Of a stretch of 64,000 nt of DNA, positions 9,157 to 18,357 are shown in pieces (position 1 is the first letter of the stretch; the number at the start of each line of letters is the position of its first letter). The position numbers and the translations under genes were made by a program. The DNA comes from an uncultured Chloroflexia bacterium (GTDB lineage: Bacteria; Chloroflexota; Limnocylindria; Limnocylindrales; CSP1-4), in the NCBI GenBank assembly GCA_963748625.1, contig CAVVJT010000004.1, positions 32,001-96,000 of the forward strand, given 5' to 3'. The notes under the pieces are model-generated. The model saw only the letters and a list, made by a program, of their open reading frames with translations, was not told the origin of the DNA and did no database searches.

Positions 9157-9941
9157 CAGATGATCCTCCGGTCGGCGAGCAGGTCGGCGATCTCGCGTGC
9201 GGCGTCGGCCGCTGGTGCGGTGATCACGCGCCCGGCGGCCCTGGTGGGCGGCGGGTCCGCGGCCAGCACGGTGCTCGTCCAGGCACCCCCTGCCGGGGCA
9301 AGGTCGGCACCGAGATCGGCGAGCGAGAGCTGGCGGATCTCACGGGTCCGGGCCGCCATGATCCCCTTGAGCGACGGGTAGCGCGGTGTGCCCAGGGCCT
9401 GCGTGCCCGAGATGACCGCGGGCATCGGTGCCTCGACAAGGTCGTAGCCCCTTGCCGAGAGGCGTCGGACGCGAACGGTGCCCGCACCAGGGTCGGGCTC
9501 GATCTTCGCCGCCTGCGAGATCAGCGGCAGGCCCAGCAGCGCGGCGACGCCGGCCGCGACCACCCCGCCGGCGCCGTCGGACGTGTCGATGCCCGCCAGC
9601 AGCAGGTCGAACTCCTCCGTGCGGGCGGCCGCCGCGAGGACCCGGATCGTGGTGGGCACGTCGGCGCCGGCGAGCGCGTCATCGGTCACGAGCACGCCGC
9701 GCATCGCCCCCATCGCGAGCGCCTTGCGCATTGTCTCCCGGCCACCGGCGGGGGCCATCGTGAGCAGCGCGACCTCGCCGCCGTGCACCTCGACCAGCTG
9801 CAGGGCCGCCTCGAGCGCGTACTCGTCATTGCCGTTGACGACGTTCGGGACCGTGGCCCGATCGAGCCGCAGGTCCGGCCCCAGGCGCTCGGCATTGGCC
9901 GCCGTGTCCGGGACGGGCTTGGTCAGGATGAGAATTCGCAC
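9156..9941 (-). CDS. etfB: Electron transfer flavoprotein beta subunit
   Basis: KPVPD, DEYALEAAL, ALAMGA, PRYPSLKGIM motifs. Confidence 0.95.
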   Translation of the reverse strand: MRILILTKPVPDTAANAERLGPDLRLDRATVPNVVNGNDEYALEAALQLVEVHGGEVALLTMAPAGGRETMRKALAMGAMRGVLVTDDALAGADVPTTIRVLAAAARTEEFDLLLAGIDTSDGAGGVVAAGVAALLGLPLISQAAKIEPDPGAGTVRVRRLSARGYDLVEAPMPAVISGTQALGTPRYPSLKGIMAARTREIRQLSLADLGADLAPAGGAWTSTVLAADPPPTRAAGRVITAPAADAAREIADLLADRRII

Positions 9942-9986
9942 GTGCGCTGTGCTCCCAAGTGCGTGCGTGGATCCTGCCCGGCCGAC

Positions 9987-11159
9987 TCAGCCGGCGAGCA
10001 GGGCGCGGGCGACGATGAGCCGCTGGATCTGCTGGGTGCCCTCGTAGAGCTGGGTGATCTTCGCGTCGCGCATCATCCGCTCGACGGGATACTCGTCGAT
10101 GTAGCCGTAGCCGCCGAAGACCTGGACGGCATCGGTGGTGACCTTCATGGCCGCGTCCCCGGCGACCAGCTTCGCGATGGCGGCCCACCGCGCGGCGTCG
10201 GGCGTGCCCGCCTCGATCTCCACGCAGGCGGTGTACAGCAGCTGGCGAGCAGCCTCGGTGGCGGCGTCCATGTCCGCGAGCAGCGCCTGGACCATCTGGA
10301 GCTCGGCGATCGGCTTGCCGAACTGGACGCGCTGCTTCGCATATGCGGTGGCCGCCTCGAGCGCGCCCTGGGCGATGCCGACCGCCTGCGCCGCGATCCC
10401 CGGGCGGGAGCGCTCGAAGGTCTTCATGGCGATGCCGAAGCCCTCGCCCTCGGCACCCAGGCGGTTCGTCGCCGGGACCCGGACACCCTCGAGTGCGAGC
10501 TCGGCCGTGGGCGAGCCGCGGAGGCCCATCTTGTGCTCGGTCCGGGCCACCGTGAAGCCCGGTCGATCCGTCTCCACCACGATCGCCGACAGGCGGCGGC
10601 TGGGCTTGTGGGCATCCGGGTTGGTGACCGCGAAGACGACGACGTAGTCCGCCACGGACCCATGGCTGATGAAGCGCTTGGAGCCGGTGATGACGTACTC
10701 GTCACCGTCGCGGACCGCCCGGGTCCGGATCCCGGACGGATCGGAGCCGGCATCCGCCTCGGTCAGACCGAAGGCGATCAGCTTGCGTCCGGCGGCCAGG
10801 TCCGGGAGCCAGCGGTCCTGCTGCTCCTGCGTGCCGGCTGCCTGGATGGGGATGGCGCCCAAGGCCTGGACCGCCAGGATCAGGCCGGTCGTGGCGCACG
10901 CGCGGGAGAGCTGCTCGATCGCGAGGCACAGGGTCAGGAGGTCCGCGCCGAGGCCGCCGTGCCGCTCGTGGAACGGGATGGCGAACACGTCGGCTGCGGC
11001 AAGCGCCTGACGGATGTCCTCCGGCCAGGTGCCGGTCCGGTCGATCTCCGCGGCCCGCGGGGCGACGACCTCGTCGGCGAGGACCTTGACGGCATCGCGG
11101 AGGAGGATCTGCTCCTCCGTCAGGCGGGCGGACCCGGGGACGGTTGCGGTGCTGCTCAC
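9987..11159 (-). CDS. Acyl-CoA dehydrogenase
   Basis: FGLTEADAGSD, GSKRFIS, KMGLRGS, RVQFGKPI, GGYGY, LYEGTQQIQ motifs; GTG start after TAGCAT -10 box. Confidence 0.93.
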   Translation of the reverse strand: MSSTATVPGSARLTEEQILLRDAVKVLADEVVAPRAAEIDRTGTWPEDIRQALAAADVFAIPFHERHGGLGADLLTLCLAIEQLSRACATTGLILAVQALGAIPIQAAGTQEQQDRWLPDLAAGRKLIAFGLTEADAGSDPSGIRTRAVRDGDEYVITGSKRFISHGSVADYVVVFAVTNPDAHKPSRRLSAIVVETDRPGFTVARTEHKMGLRGSPTAELALEGVRVPATNRLGAEGEGFGIAMKTFERSRPGIAAQAVGIAQGALEAATAYAKQRVQFGKPIAELQMVQALLADMDAATEAARQLLYTACVEIEAGTPDAARWAAIAKLVAGDAAMKVTTDAVQVFGGYGYIDEYPVERMMRDAKITQLYEGTQQIQRLIVARALLAG

Positions 11160-11237
11160 GCGGCTGATGCTAGCAGCGTGGGTGGTGTGGCGGCACGCCC
11201 GGCGCCCCGCCACCCGCCACCCGCTACCCGCCACGCG

Positions 11238-13367
11238 CTAGACGACGTTGAGGCGCCGGCTCTCCGGGACCTCCCGCTCGCCGAACGGCGCGATGGCCGC
11301 CGCGAGCAGCTCGCTGATGTCCTGGCTGGTCACCGGGTTCTCGGCGTCCGGGCCGCGGCCCTCGTCCGTGAGGCCGTCACGGAGCATGACCATGCAGAAG
11401 GGGCAGGCCGTGGCGACCGTGTCGGCGCCGGTCTCGAGGACCTGGAGCGTGCGCGCCGCGTTGACGCGCGTCCCGCGGTTCTCCTCCATCCACATGTGGC
11501 CGCCGCCCGCGCCGCAGCAGAAGGTCTGCCGGCCGCGGTTGTCCATCTCGACCAGCTGCACGCCGTCGACCTGCCCGAGGATCTCCCGCGGCGCCTTGAT
11601 CACGCCGTTGTAGCGCGCCAGGTAGCAGGAGTCGTGGTAGGTGATCTTGCGCTGCGGCAGGCCGTTCTCCGCGAGGACCAGCCGGCCGCTCGTGAGCAGG
11701 TCGGACAGGAACTGGGAATGGTGCTTGATCGAGAACTTGCCGCCCATCTGCTCGTACTCGTTGCCGATCGTGTTGAAGCAGTGCGGGCAGGCGGTGACGA
11801 TCGTCTTCTCGGCGATCCTGTACTTGTTGAGCGTCTCGATGTTGGAGCTGGCCAGCATCTGGTAGACGTACTCGTTGCCCATGCGGCGGGCCGGGTCGCC
11901 GGTGCAGTTCTCCTCCTGGCCCAGGACGGCGAACGACACACCGGCGGCGTCGAGGCACGTTGCCACGGCCCGGGCGACCTTCTTGTTGCGGTCATCGAAC
12001 GCGGCAGCGCAGCCCACCCAGTAGAGGACCTCGAGGGCGTCGAGCTGGCCCGCGGCCTTGACCTCCTGCGCGGTCCTGACCGTGAAGGGCAGGCCCTTCG
12101 TCCAGTCGAGACGGGCGCTGGGCGGCTGGCCCCACGGGTTGGAGACGCTCTCCATGCCCCGGAAGACCGATGTGAGCTCGGCCGGGAACTTCGCGTCCTC
12201 CAGCACCATGTTCCGGCGCATCCCGACGATCTTGTCCACGTGCTCGATGAGCACCGGGCACGCCTCGACGCAGGCGCCGCAGGTGAGGCAGTCCCACGTG
12301 GCGTCGTAGCTGAGGATCCCGTCGATGAGCGGGCGCTCGACGGCCTCGGTCTTGATGGTGTCGTCGAGGCCGTAGGTGGAGCGCACCGCCGGCGAGTTGG
12401 GGATGTAGGGCACGGTCAGCTCGGCGACGGTCGCCTCGGCCCGGATGGCCATGATCATGGCCTTGGGGTTGAGCGGCTTGCCGGTGTTGAAGGCCGGGCA
12501 TGCCTGCTGGCAGCGGCCACACTCGGTGCAGGTGTACCCGTCGAGCAGGTCCTTCCACGACAGGTCGGCGAGGGTCTTGAGGCCGAACGTGACGTTCTCG
12601 TCCTCGAAGTCCATGGCCGGCAGCTGGCCGCGCGGGGTGAGCTTGCGGAACCAGATGTTCACGAAGCTCACGTACACGTGGAAGTGCTTGTTGAACGGGA
12701 TGTAGATGAGGAACGCCGAGAGCACGAGGACGTGCGCCCACCACAGGACGCCGAAGACCGCGGCCAGCGTCTCCTCCGGCATGCCCTCGAGCGGGACGGC
12801 GAGCGCGTTGGTGATGAACGCCCCCGAGATCGCCCCGAACGCGGCCGCCTCGAAGACGAGCGCGAGGAACTCGGTCGAGACGACCAGGAAGATGAACAGC
12901 AGGATCAGGAGGCCGGTGCGCGACAGGGTCAGCCGTGCGGGCCGGATCACCAGGCGCCGGAAGGCGGCCACCGCGACCGCCGCGAGGGCGAACACCGCGA
13001 CCACCTGCTGGATGGCCACCAGGAGCGTCCAGATGAGCCCGTCGAAGGGGATGGAGACGATCGCCTGCGGCAGGCCGCCCAGCACGAAGTTCATGTTCCC
13101 GAGCAGCAGGATCGTGGATCCCAGGAACAGGCCCAGGTGCATGACGCCGACGGTGCCCTCGCGGAACATCCTCGTCTGGACGATCGCATAGCGGAGCACG
13201 CCCCACGCACGGATGCCCGTGCTGGTGAGACCGCGGGGGCCCTCGGCCCGCACCGCCTGCATCACCCGCAGGTGCCGTCCCACGACGACCAGGAATATGG
13301 CGAACGCGCCCCAGAACACGGGGAACACCAGGGGGTAGAACGGAACCTCCGCGAAGGTCTCGAACAT
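11238..13367 (-). CDS. Membrane Fe-S oxidoreductase (FadF/EtfD/EMO type): NarI-like TM domain, two 4Fe-4S motifs, two CCG domains
   Basis: About 6 TM with His ligands, CTECGRCQQACP, CLTCGACVEACP, TACPHC, HDSC, CCGAGGG, TACPFC; adjacent to ACAD and etfAB. Confidence 0.85.
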   Translation of the reverse strand: MFETFAEVPFYPLVFPVFWGAFAIFLVVVGRHLRVMQAVRAEGPRGLTSTGIRAWGVLRYAIVQTRMFREGTVGVMHLGLFLGSTILLLGNMNFVLGGLPQAIVSIPFDGLIWTLLVAIQQVVAVFALAAVAVAAFRRLVIRPARLTLSRTGLLILLFIFLVVSTEFLALVFEAAAFGAISGAFITNALAVPLEGMPEETLAAVFGVLWWAHVLVLSAFLIYIPFNKHFHVYVSFVNIWFRKLTPRGQLPAMDFEDENVTFGLKTLADLSWKDLLDGYTCTECGRCQQACPAFNTGKPLNPKAMIMAIRAEATVAELTVPYIPNSPAVRSTYGLDDTIKTEAVERPLIDGILSYDATWDCLTCGACVEACPVLIEHVDKIVGMRRNMVLEDAKFPAELTSVFRGMESVSNPWGQPPSARLDWTKGLPFTVRTAQEVKAAGQLDALEVLYWVGCAAAFDDRNKKVARAVATCLDAAGVSFAVLGQEENCTGDPARRMGNEYVYQMLASSNIETLNKYRIAEKTIVTACPHCFNTIGNEYEQMGGKFSIKHHSQFLSDLLTSGRLVLAENGLPQRKITYHDSCYLARYNGVIKAPREILGQVDGVQLVEMDNRGRQTFCCGAGGGHMWMEENRGTRVNAARTLQVLETGADTVATACPFCMVMLRDGLTDEGRGPDAENPVTSQDISELLAAAIAPFGEREVPESRRLNVV

Positions 13368-13369
13368 GG

Positions 13370-13924
13370 TCAGGCGTCCTCCGGGGTGCCGGCGGGCAGG
13401 TCGCGCCGTCCGGCGGCTACAGCTGCGGCATGGTCGAACGGACCAGCCAGCGTTTCGAGGGCATGCTCGAGGACGGGGACGACGGCCTCGAGGTTCTCCA
13501 GCGCACCCTTGGGTGAGCCGGGCACGTTGATGACAAGGGTGCCGCCGCGCACGCCGACCAGGCCGCGCGAGAGCACCGCGAGGGGGGTGTGGGCACGACC
13601 GTCGGCGCGCATGGCCTCCGCGATGCCCGGGATCTCGTAGTCCAGCACCGTGGCCGTGGCCTGCGGTGTCACGTCACGGGGCGTCAGGCCGGTGCCGCCG
13701 GTGGTCAGGACCAGGCGGTTGCGGACCGCGCCCTCGCGGATCGCGTCCGCGATGGCCGCGACCTCGTCGGGCACGACGATCCGCTCCACGGTGAAGCCCA
13801 GGCCCGCGAGGCGCGCTTCCAGGCGATCGCCCGATTCGTCGGCGCGCGTGCCCTCGAAGCAGCGGTCGCTGACCGTGAGCACGAGGGCGGGCCGGGAGGC
13901 GAGGGGCGGCCGGGCCGGGCTCAT
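13370..13924 (-). CDS. mog: Molybdopterin adenylyltransferase MogA/MoaB
   Basis: LTVSD, DESG, TTGGTGLTPRDVTP, NVPGSPKG motifs. Confidence 0.88.
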   Translation of the reverse strand: MSPARPPLASRPALVLTVSDRCFEGTRADESGDRLEARLAGLGFTVERIVVPDEVAAIADAIREGAVRNRLVLTTGGTGLTPRDVTPQATATVLDYEIPGIAEAMRADGRAHTPLAVLSRGLVGVRGGTLVINVPGSPKGALENLEAVVPVLEHALETLAGPFDHAAAVAAGRRDLPAGTPEDA

Positions 13925-14511
13925 CCAGCAGGCTTCCGCTTGCCGACGCGGCCGGCCATTCGGTCACCGGGCCGCCGGCCGCGACTGGGCGCCTCGGCGC
14001 TCTGCTGCGGACGGTGCCACTCCCCGCTCTTGCCGCCGGTCTTGGACACCAGGCGGAGCCCGCGGATCTCGACCCCGCGCTCCACGCCCTTGACCATGTC
14101 GTACACAGTGAGTGCGGCCACGGCGGCGGCGGTCATCGCCTCCATCTCCACGCCGGTGGGGCCCGTGGTGGCCGCCTCCGCGCGGATCCGCAGGACCGAG
14201 GCGGTACGGTCTGGCGTGATGGTCACCAGCACGTCGGTCAGCGCGATCGGATGGCAGAGCGGGATGAGCTCCGCGGTGCGCTTCGCGCCCATCACGCCCG
14301 CAAGCTCGGCGACGGTCAGGACGTCGCCCTTCGCCGCGGTTCCGTCGATCACCAGGCTCATGGTCTCGGCGGCGACGGCGACCTCTGCCTCGGCGACGGC
14401 ACGACGGGCAGTCGGCGGCTTGGCGCCCACATCCACCATGCGCGGACGTCCACGACGGTCGACATGCGTGAGGCGGCGGCGCTCGGCGCGCGTGGGGTCG
14501 GTGCGTTCCAA
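13921..14511 (-). CDS. moaC: Cyclic pyranopterin monophosphate synthase
   Basis: MVDVGAK, KGDVL, LIPLCH, TGVEMEA, YDMVK, KTGGKSG motifs. Confidence 0.95.
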   Translation of the reverse strand: MERTDPTRAERRRLTHVDRRGRPRMVDVGAKPPTARRAVAEAEVAVAAETMSLVIDGTAAKGDVLTVAELAGVMGAKRTAELIPLCHPIALTDVLVTITPDRTASVLRIRAEAATTGPTGVEMEAMTAAAVAALTVYDMVKGVERGVEIRGLRLVSKTGGKSGEWHRPQQSAEAPSRGRRPGDRMAGRVGKRKPAG

Positions 14512-14590
14512 TGGGTCCTCCTGCTCGCGTGGATGCTAGCGGGAGGCGGTGGGGTTGCGCAGCGTCATACCGCGCATTCTGCAGCCTGTG

Positions 14591-15733
14591 TCAACTGTCA
14601 ACAGGACCGCGCTGCGCCGCTTCGCTCCGTCGCCGGATCAGTTTGCCGATCGTCGAGCTCGTGACGAGGCCCAGCAGCTCGCCCCCGTCCACCACGGCCA
14701 GGCCGTCGAGCCCCCGGCGATCCATCAGTTCAGCTGCGTCCCAGAGCGGATCGCCGGGTGCGAGCACGGGCGCATCGGGCGGCGCAACCATGACATCACC
14801 CGCCCGCGTGGCGGCAAAGCGCTTCCGGCCGAGTCGCTGCAGGCGCCGGACGCCGACGACCCCGAGCACCCGCCCCTCGTCCACCACGGCGATCGCACGG
14901 ACGCCCGTCTCGCCCTCGTAGCGGTCCGCGAACGTGTCGATCGTGAGGTTGGGCGCCACGACAGGCCCGTCCGCGGCGAGCGCGTCGCCCACAGTCGCAT
15001 CCCGCAGCAGGTCCTCCAGCCCGAGGCGCCGGGTGTACGCCTGCGAGCTGCGGGTCAGGACCCAGCCGAGGGCGAGGACGAGGAGGCCCTCCGTGAACCG
15101 GTCCAGGCCCGCCAGTGCCACACCGACGCCCAGGGTGGTCCAGCCGACGTACTTCCCGGCGCGGGCGGTGATCCGTCCAGCCCGCCGCCGGTCACCGGTC
15201 CGGGCCAGAGCAAGCGCTCGGACGGCGCGGGCACCATCGAGCGGCACCGCGGGCAGCAGGCTCAGCGCGCCGAGCACGAGGTTGAGGCCGCCGACGATGA
15301 TCACGCCACCGGCAACTGCGGCCATGGGGCCACCGGCAACCCCGGCCACGACCGCCACCGGCACACAGGCGAGCGCGATCAGGAGCGAGAGCACCGGCCC
15401 CGCCAGGGCGATCGCGAGCTCATCGCGAGGGCGCTCGGCCTGCGCCACGGCCGCGCCGATCCCGCCAGCGAAACCGACGACGACATGCTCCACGGCCACG
15501 CCCACCCGGCGCCCGACCACCGCATGGGCGAGCTCATGGACGACGACGGACGCCAGGAACCCGGCAGCGACGAGCGCTCCGAGCGCCCACTGGGCCACCA
15601 CTGGGAGCCCCGGCGCAGCCATCGCGGCCTGCTGCGCGCCGACGACGGTGACGACGGCAGCCAGCACGACCCACGCCGGCGAGATCCGGACAACGATGCC
15701 GAAGAGGCGGCCGATGGGCAGCCCGCTGTTCAC
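14591..15733 (-). CDS. Site-2 protease (M50) with tandem CBS domains
   Basis: HELAH, IALAGP, LLPAVPLDG, C-terminal CBS pair; GTG start overlaps upstream stop. Confidence 0.85.
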   Translation of the reverse strand: MNSGLPIGRLFGIVVRISPAWVVLAAVVTVVGAQQAAMAAPGLPVVAQWALGALVAAGFLASVVVHELAHAVVGRRVGVAVEHVVVGFAGGIGAAVAQAERPRDELAIALAGPVLSLLIALACVPVAVVAGVAGGPMAAVAGGVIIVGGLNLVLGALSLLPAVPLDGARAVRALALARTGDRRRAGRITARAGKYVGWTTLGVGVALAGLDRFTEGLLVLALGWVLTRSSQAYTRRLGLEDLLRDATVGDALAADGPVVAPNLTIDTFADRYEGETGVRAIAVVDEGRVLGVVGVRRLQRLGRKRFAATRAGDVMVAPPDAPVLAPGDPLWDAAELMDRRGLDGLAVVDGGELLGLVTSSTIGKLIRRRSEAAQRGPVDS

Positions 15734-16401
15734 GCGCCGGCCGCCCGCTCCCGGCGTCGTGCAAACCACGCCAGCAGCAGGCCCAGGGCGATGACCACGC
15801 CGCCGACGGCGATGGTGGACTCCACCCAGAACTGCTCCGGGAACAGCTGGACCAGGCGCTCCGTGCGCGGGTCGAACAGGTAGCTGCCCGCCGGGAAGAA
15901 GACCGTGTGGAAGATCTCGAAGGCGACATCGAAGGCCGCGACGCCGACCACGCCCACGACGACGGTGCCCACGGCCACCGCGACGCCCGTCCGTTTCAGG
16001 TGCCGCCAGTAGCGCGCCTTCCCCTCGCGTGCGGAGGCCAGGATCCACAGCACCACCAGCGTGACTGCCGCCAGCGCCGCGACCATGTAGAACTGGGCGA
16101 ACACGGCGCGCACGTCGCGCATGTGCCCGCGCTCGCGCTCGTTGAGGACCGGGGCGCCGTCAAGGGTGACATCGAAGTCCGGCGGCCCGAGGACCAAGTC
16201 CCCGAGGATCTCGCCGGTGACCGCCTGGAGCTGCTCCGACGTGAAGCCCGTCCATGCCTGCGCCTGCGCCCGCTCCTGGCCGAAGCCGACCCACACGGGG
16301 TTGAGAAACGGCAGGATCGCGAGGGCGACCACCACGACCAGGGCGGAGATGCCGGTCAGGATGGCGACGAGGACGCGGCCGATGGCGCGCAGGATGTCCA
16401 T
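15730..16401 (-). CDS. TIGR01906/DUF1461 membrane protein (Lit-like lipoprotein transacylase)
   Basis: 4 TM, ERGHMRDVR, FEIFHTVFF, LVQLFPEQFW motifs. Confidence 0.75.
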   Translation of the reverse strand: MDILRAIGRVLVAILTGISALVVVVALAILPFLNPVWVGFGQERAQAQAWTGFTSEQLQAVTGEILGDLVLGPPDFDVTLDGAPVLNERERGHMRDVRAVFAQFYMVAALAAVTLVVLWILASAREGKARYWRHLKRTGVAVAVGTVVVGVVGVAAFDVAFEIFHTVFFPAGSYLFDPRTERLVQLFPEQFWVESTIAVGGVVIALGLLLAWFARRRERAAGA

Positions 16402-16418
16402 TCGAGGCCTCGACGGGC

Positions 16419-16808
16419 CTACGCCTCCTCGAGCGTTCGGGCCTGCTCCCACCACGTCTCGACCATGAGCGCGTCGGGGGCGTCCACGGTGAGCTCGTCG
16501 GCGGCGAGCGCCAGGCGCTTGCGGAAGTCCGCGAGATCCAGGGCCAGCAGGTCCGCGAGGCCTTCGACGCCGGCCTGGATGAGGAGCCGGTGCTCAGCGG
16601 GACCAAAGCCGGCGAGGTTGAGCATCAGGGCCTCGTCGCGCCAGACCAGCACATCGTTCGGTGTGGCCTTGACGTGGTCCGCGAGCGACTGGCGGCGCGT
16701 CGGCGTCTCGGACGTCTCGAGGAGGATGCCCGTGGTGAAGATGCCCTGCTTCTGCAGCCGGGCGAGGTACACGGGCTCGATACGGGTCAGTTCGGTGATG
16801 GGCGGCAC
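16419..16808 (-). CDS. DUF4332-like helix-hairpin-helix protein
   Basis: ITELTRIEPVYLARL..GI, LAGFGPAEHRLLIQAGV, WWEQAR pattern. Confidence 0.7.
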   Translation of the reverse strand: MPPITELTRIEPVYLARLQKQGIFTTGILLETSETPTRRQSLADHVKATPNDVLVWRDEALMLNLAGFGPAEHRLLIQAGVEGLADLLALDLADFRKRLALAADELTVDAPDALMVETWWEQARTLEEA

Positions 16809-17040
16809 GGGAGCGTCGGCCTCCGGCAGGTGTCGGGTCGGTCGGACAATTCGGTGGGCGTCAGTATCGCGGATGATGCCGCACGGCGCGAGACAGGCGC
16901 GGGACAGGCGCGGGACGGTGCAGGCATCCCAACGTCACTGCTGGCCGACCGGCTCCCGGTTCCCGGCTCAGGCCCGGCACCGCTCGGGTTCCCGGCTCCC
17001 GGCTCCCGGCTCAGGCCCGGATGGGCGGCTCCGGCCCGGA

Positions 17041-17191
17041 TGCGCGGCCAGCGTGCGTACGGGCGGGTGCCCTGCGGTTCCTGCGCGCCTGGCGCACGGG
17101 AACGATGCTCCCCGGGCCCGGGAGGCGCGGAGATGGGCGCTGGGCGCGCAGGAGTGACGGGTCACGCTCCCGTAGGCTCGCCTGGCGCGCA
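17041..17191. repeat. About 150-bp imperfect palindromic element
   Basis: TGCGCGcc(t/a)GGCG-like motifs at 17041 and 17082; inverted copies ending 17150 and 17191. Confidence 0.6.
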
Positions 17192-17204
17192 CGAGCATGG
17201 GCGT

Positions 17205-17271
17205 GGGCCAGGGGCGGGGCCGGTGCCGGGCGAGGGCCAGGGGCGGGGCCGGTGCCGGGCGAGGGCCAGGG
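17205..17271. repeat. 29-bp tandem repeat, about 2.3 copies
   Basis: GGGCCAGGGGCGGGGCCGGTGCCGGGCGA at 17205 and 17234, partial at 17263. Confidence 0.85.
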
Positions 17272-17426
17272 CCGGCGCGGGCGATGGAATGCTTCCGGCG
17301 CCAGGAGCGGAATGCGCAGGGCATTGCCCCGACGGCCCCGTGGCACGTTCGGGCAGCGCTTCGACCCGTTCGGGAAGCGACGCTTGCGGCGCGGACGTCT
17401 AGCATCGGCCTGACGACCGAACGCCG

Positions 17427-17888
17427 ATGAGGGATGCCATGCCGGGGGCCCGCGACCACCTCGATTCGTCCGAGCGCGACGTTGCCCGGGCTCCGCGTCC
17501 CGACGCCGGCCCTGCACGGTCCGAGCGCCCGGCGATCACCGGCGCCGCGGATCCCCGCCTTGCCGACGGATCGGCGGGCACCCGGGCGGATCTCATGCAC
17601 GTCCAGCGGACCGCAGGCAACGCCGCGGTCGCGTCGCTCGTGGCGCCCGCGGTGCAGCGCGTGGTCGCGATCGACGAGGTCGCGTCCGAGGTCGCGGCGC
17701 CGGCCGAGGACACGGGCGCGAGCCCCGTGGGTGATGCGGCGCCGGAGATGGACCACACGATCAACGCTGCCCACATCGGGTTGAACGCGCCGATGGTCGA
17801 GGCGCCCGGCATCATCCGCGCCAACACGGTGATCGCAGACTCGATCGTCGCGTCGAGCTACACGCCCGGCGCCGGTAACGCCTGGTAG
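17427..17888 (+). CDS. Hypothetical protein with QRxxGNxAV/VQR motif and spike-like SYTPGAGNxW C-terminus
   Basis: ORF of 153 aa with TAGCAT -10 upstream; motifs recognised by eye. Confidence 0.65.
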   Translation: MRDAMPGARDHLDSSERDVARAPRPDAGPARSERPAITGAADPRLADGSAGTRADLMHVQRTAGNAAVASLVAPAVQRVVAIDEVASEVAAPAEDTGASPVGDAAPEMDHTINAAHIGLNAPMVEAPGIIRANTVIADSIVASSYTPGAGNAW

Positions 17889-17965
17889 TCGGTCGGCTCG
17901 GTGAGGGCCCGCCCTGGCCCAACAGTGGCGGGAGCCGATCCCATCAGCAGGTGGCGGAACGCCGG

Positions 17966-18325
17966 CTAGCGCTCGAGGGTCTGGGGCTCCAGGACCACGT
18001 CCCAGTGCGCCTCGAGCAGCTCGAACCGGCGGCGCTCCTCGGCCTTGAACGTGTCCTGGTCGGGATAGAGGCGGAGGACCAGGCCCGGATCGGCGTGCTC
18101 CTCGATCGCGGCCCAGTCACGGTAGGTGATGGACACCATCACGTCCCACGCCGCATCACCGGTCCCGTGGAAGCGGGCGGTGGCAAGCTCCACATTCGTG
18201 TAGCGGCCCGCCGCCCACTGCTCGCGCAGGATCGGCCAGTGGTTCTTGCGGAAGAGGGCCACGAACTCGTCGTGCGAGCCCCAGGCGGTGCGATAGAAGT
18301 ACAGGACCTCGACGGGCGCGGACAT
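17966..18325 (-). CDS. Hypothetical NIPSNAP/dimeric alpha-beta barrel-like protein
   Basis: MSAPVEVLYFY..F..LF.KNHWP..EERRRFELLEAHWD; ATG at 18325. Confidence 0.65.
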   Translation of the reverse strand: MSAPVEVLYFYRTAWGSHDEFVALFRKNHWPILREQWAAGRYTNVELATARFHGTGDAAWDVMVSITYRDWAAIEEHADPGLVLRLYPDQDTFKAEERRRFELLEAHWDVVLEPQTLER

Positions 18326-18357
18326 GACGGGGGTCTCCAGGCTGGAAGCGGATGACG

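Noticed and set aside
9783-13640. 1285-aa plus-strand ORF and similar long antisense ORFs (18352-20400, 20893-23556, 28723-30945, 54764-59595)
   Set aside because: Antisense shadows of recognisable minus-strand genes, expected from high-GC codon bias
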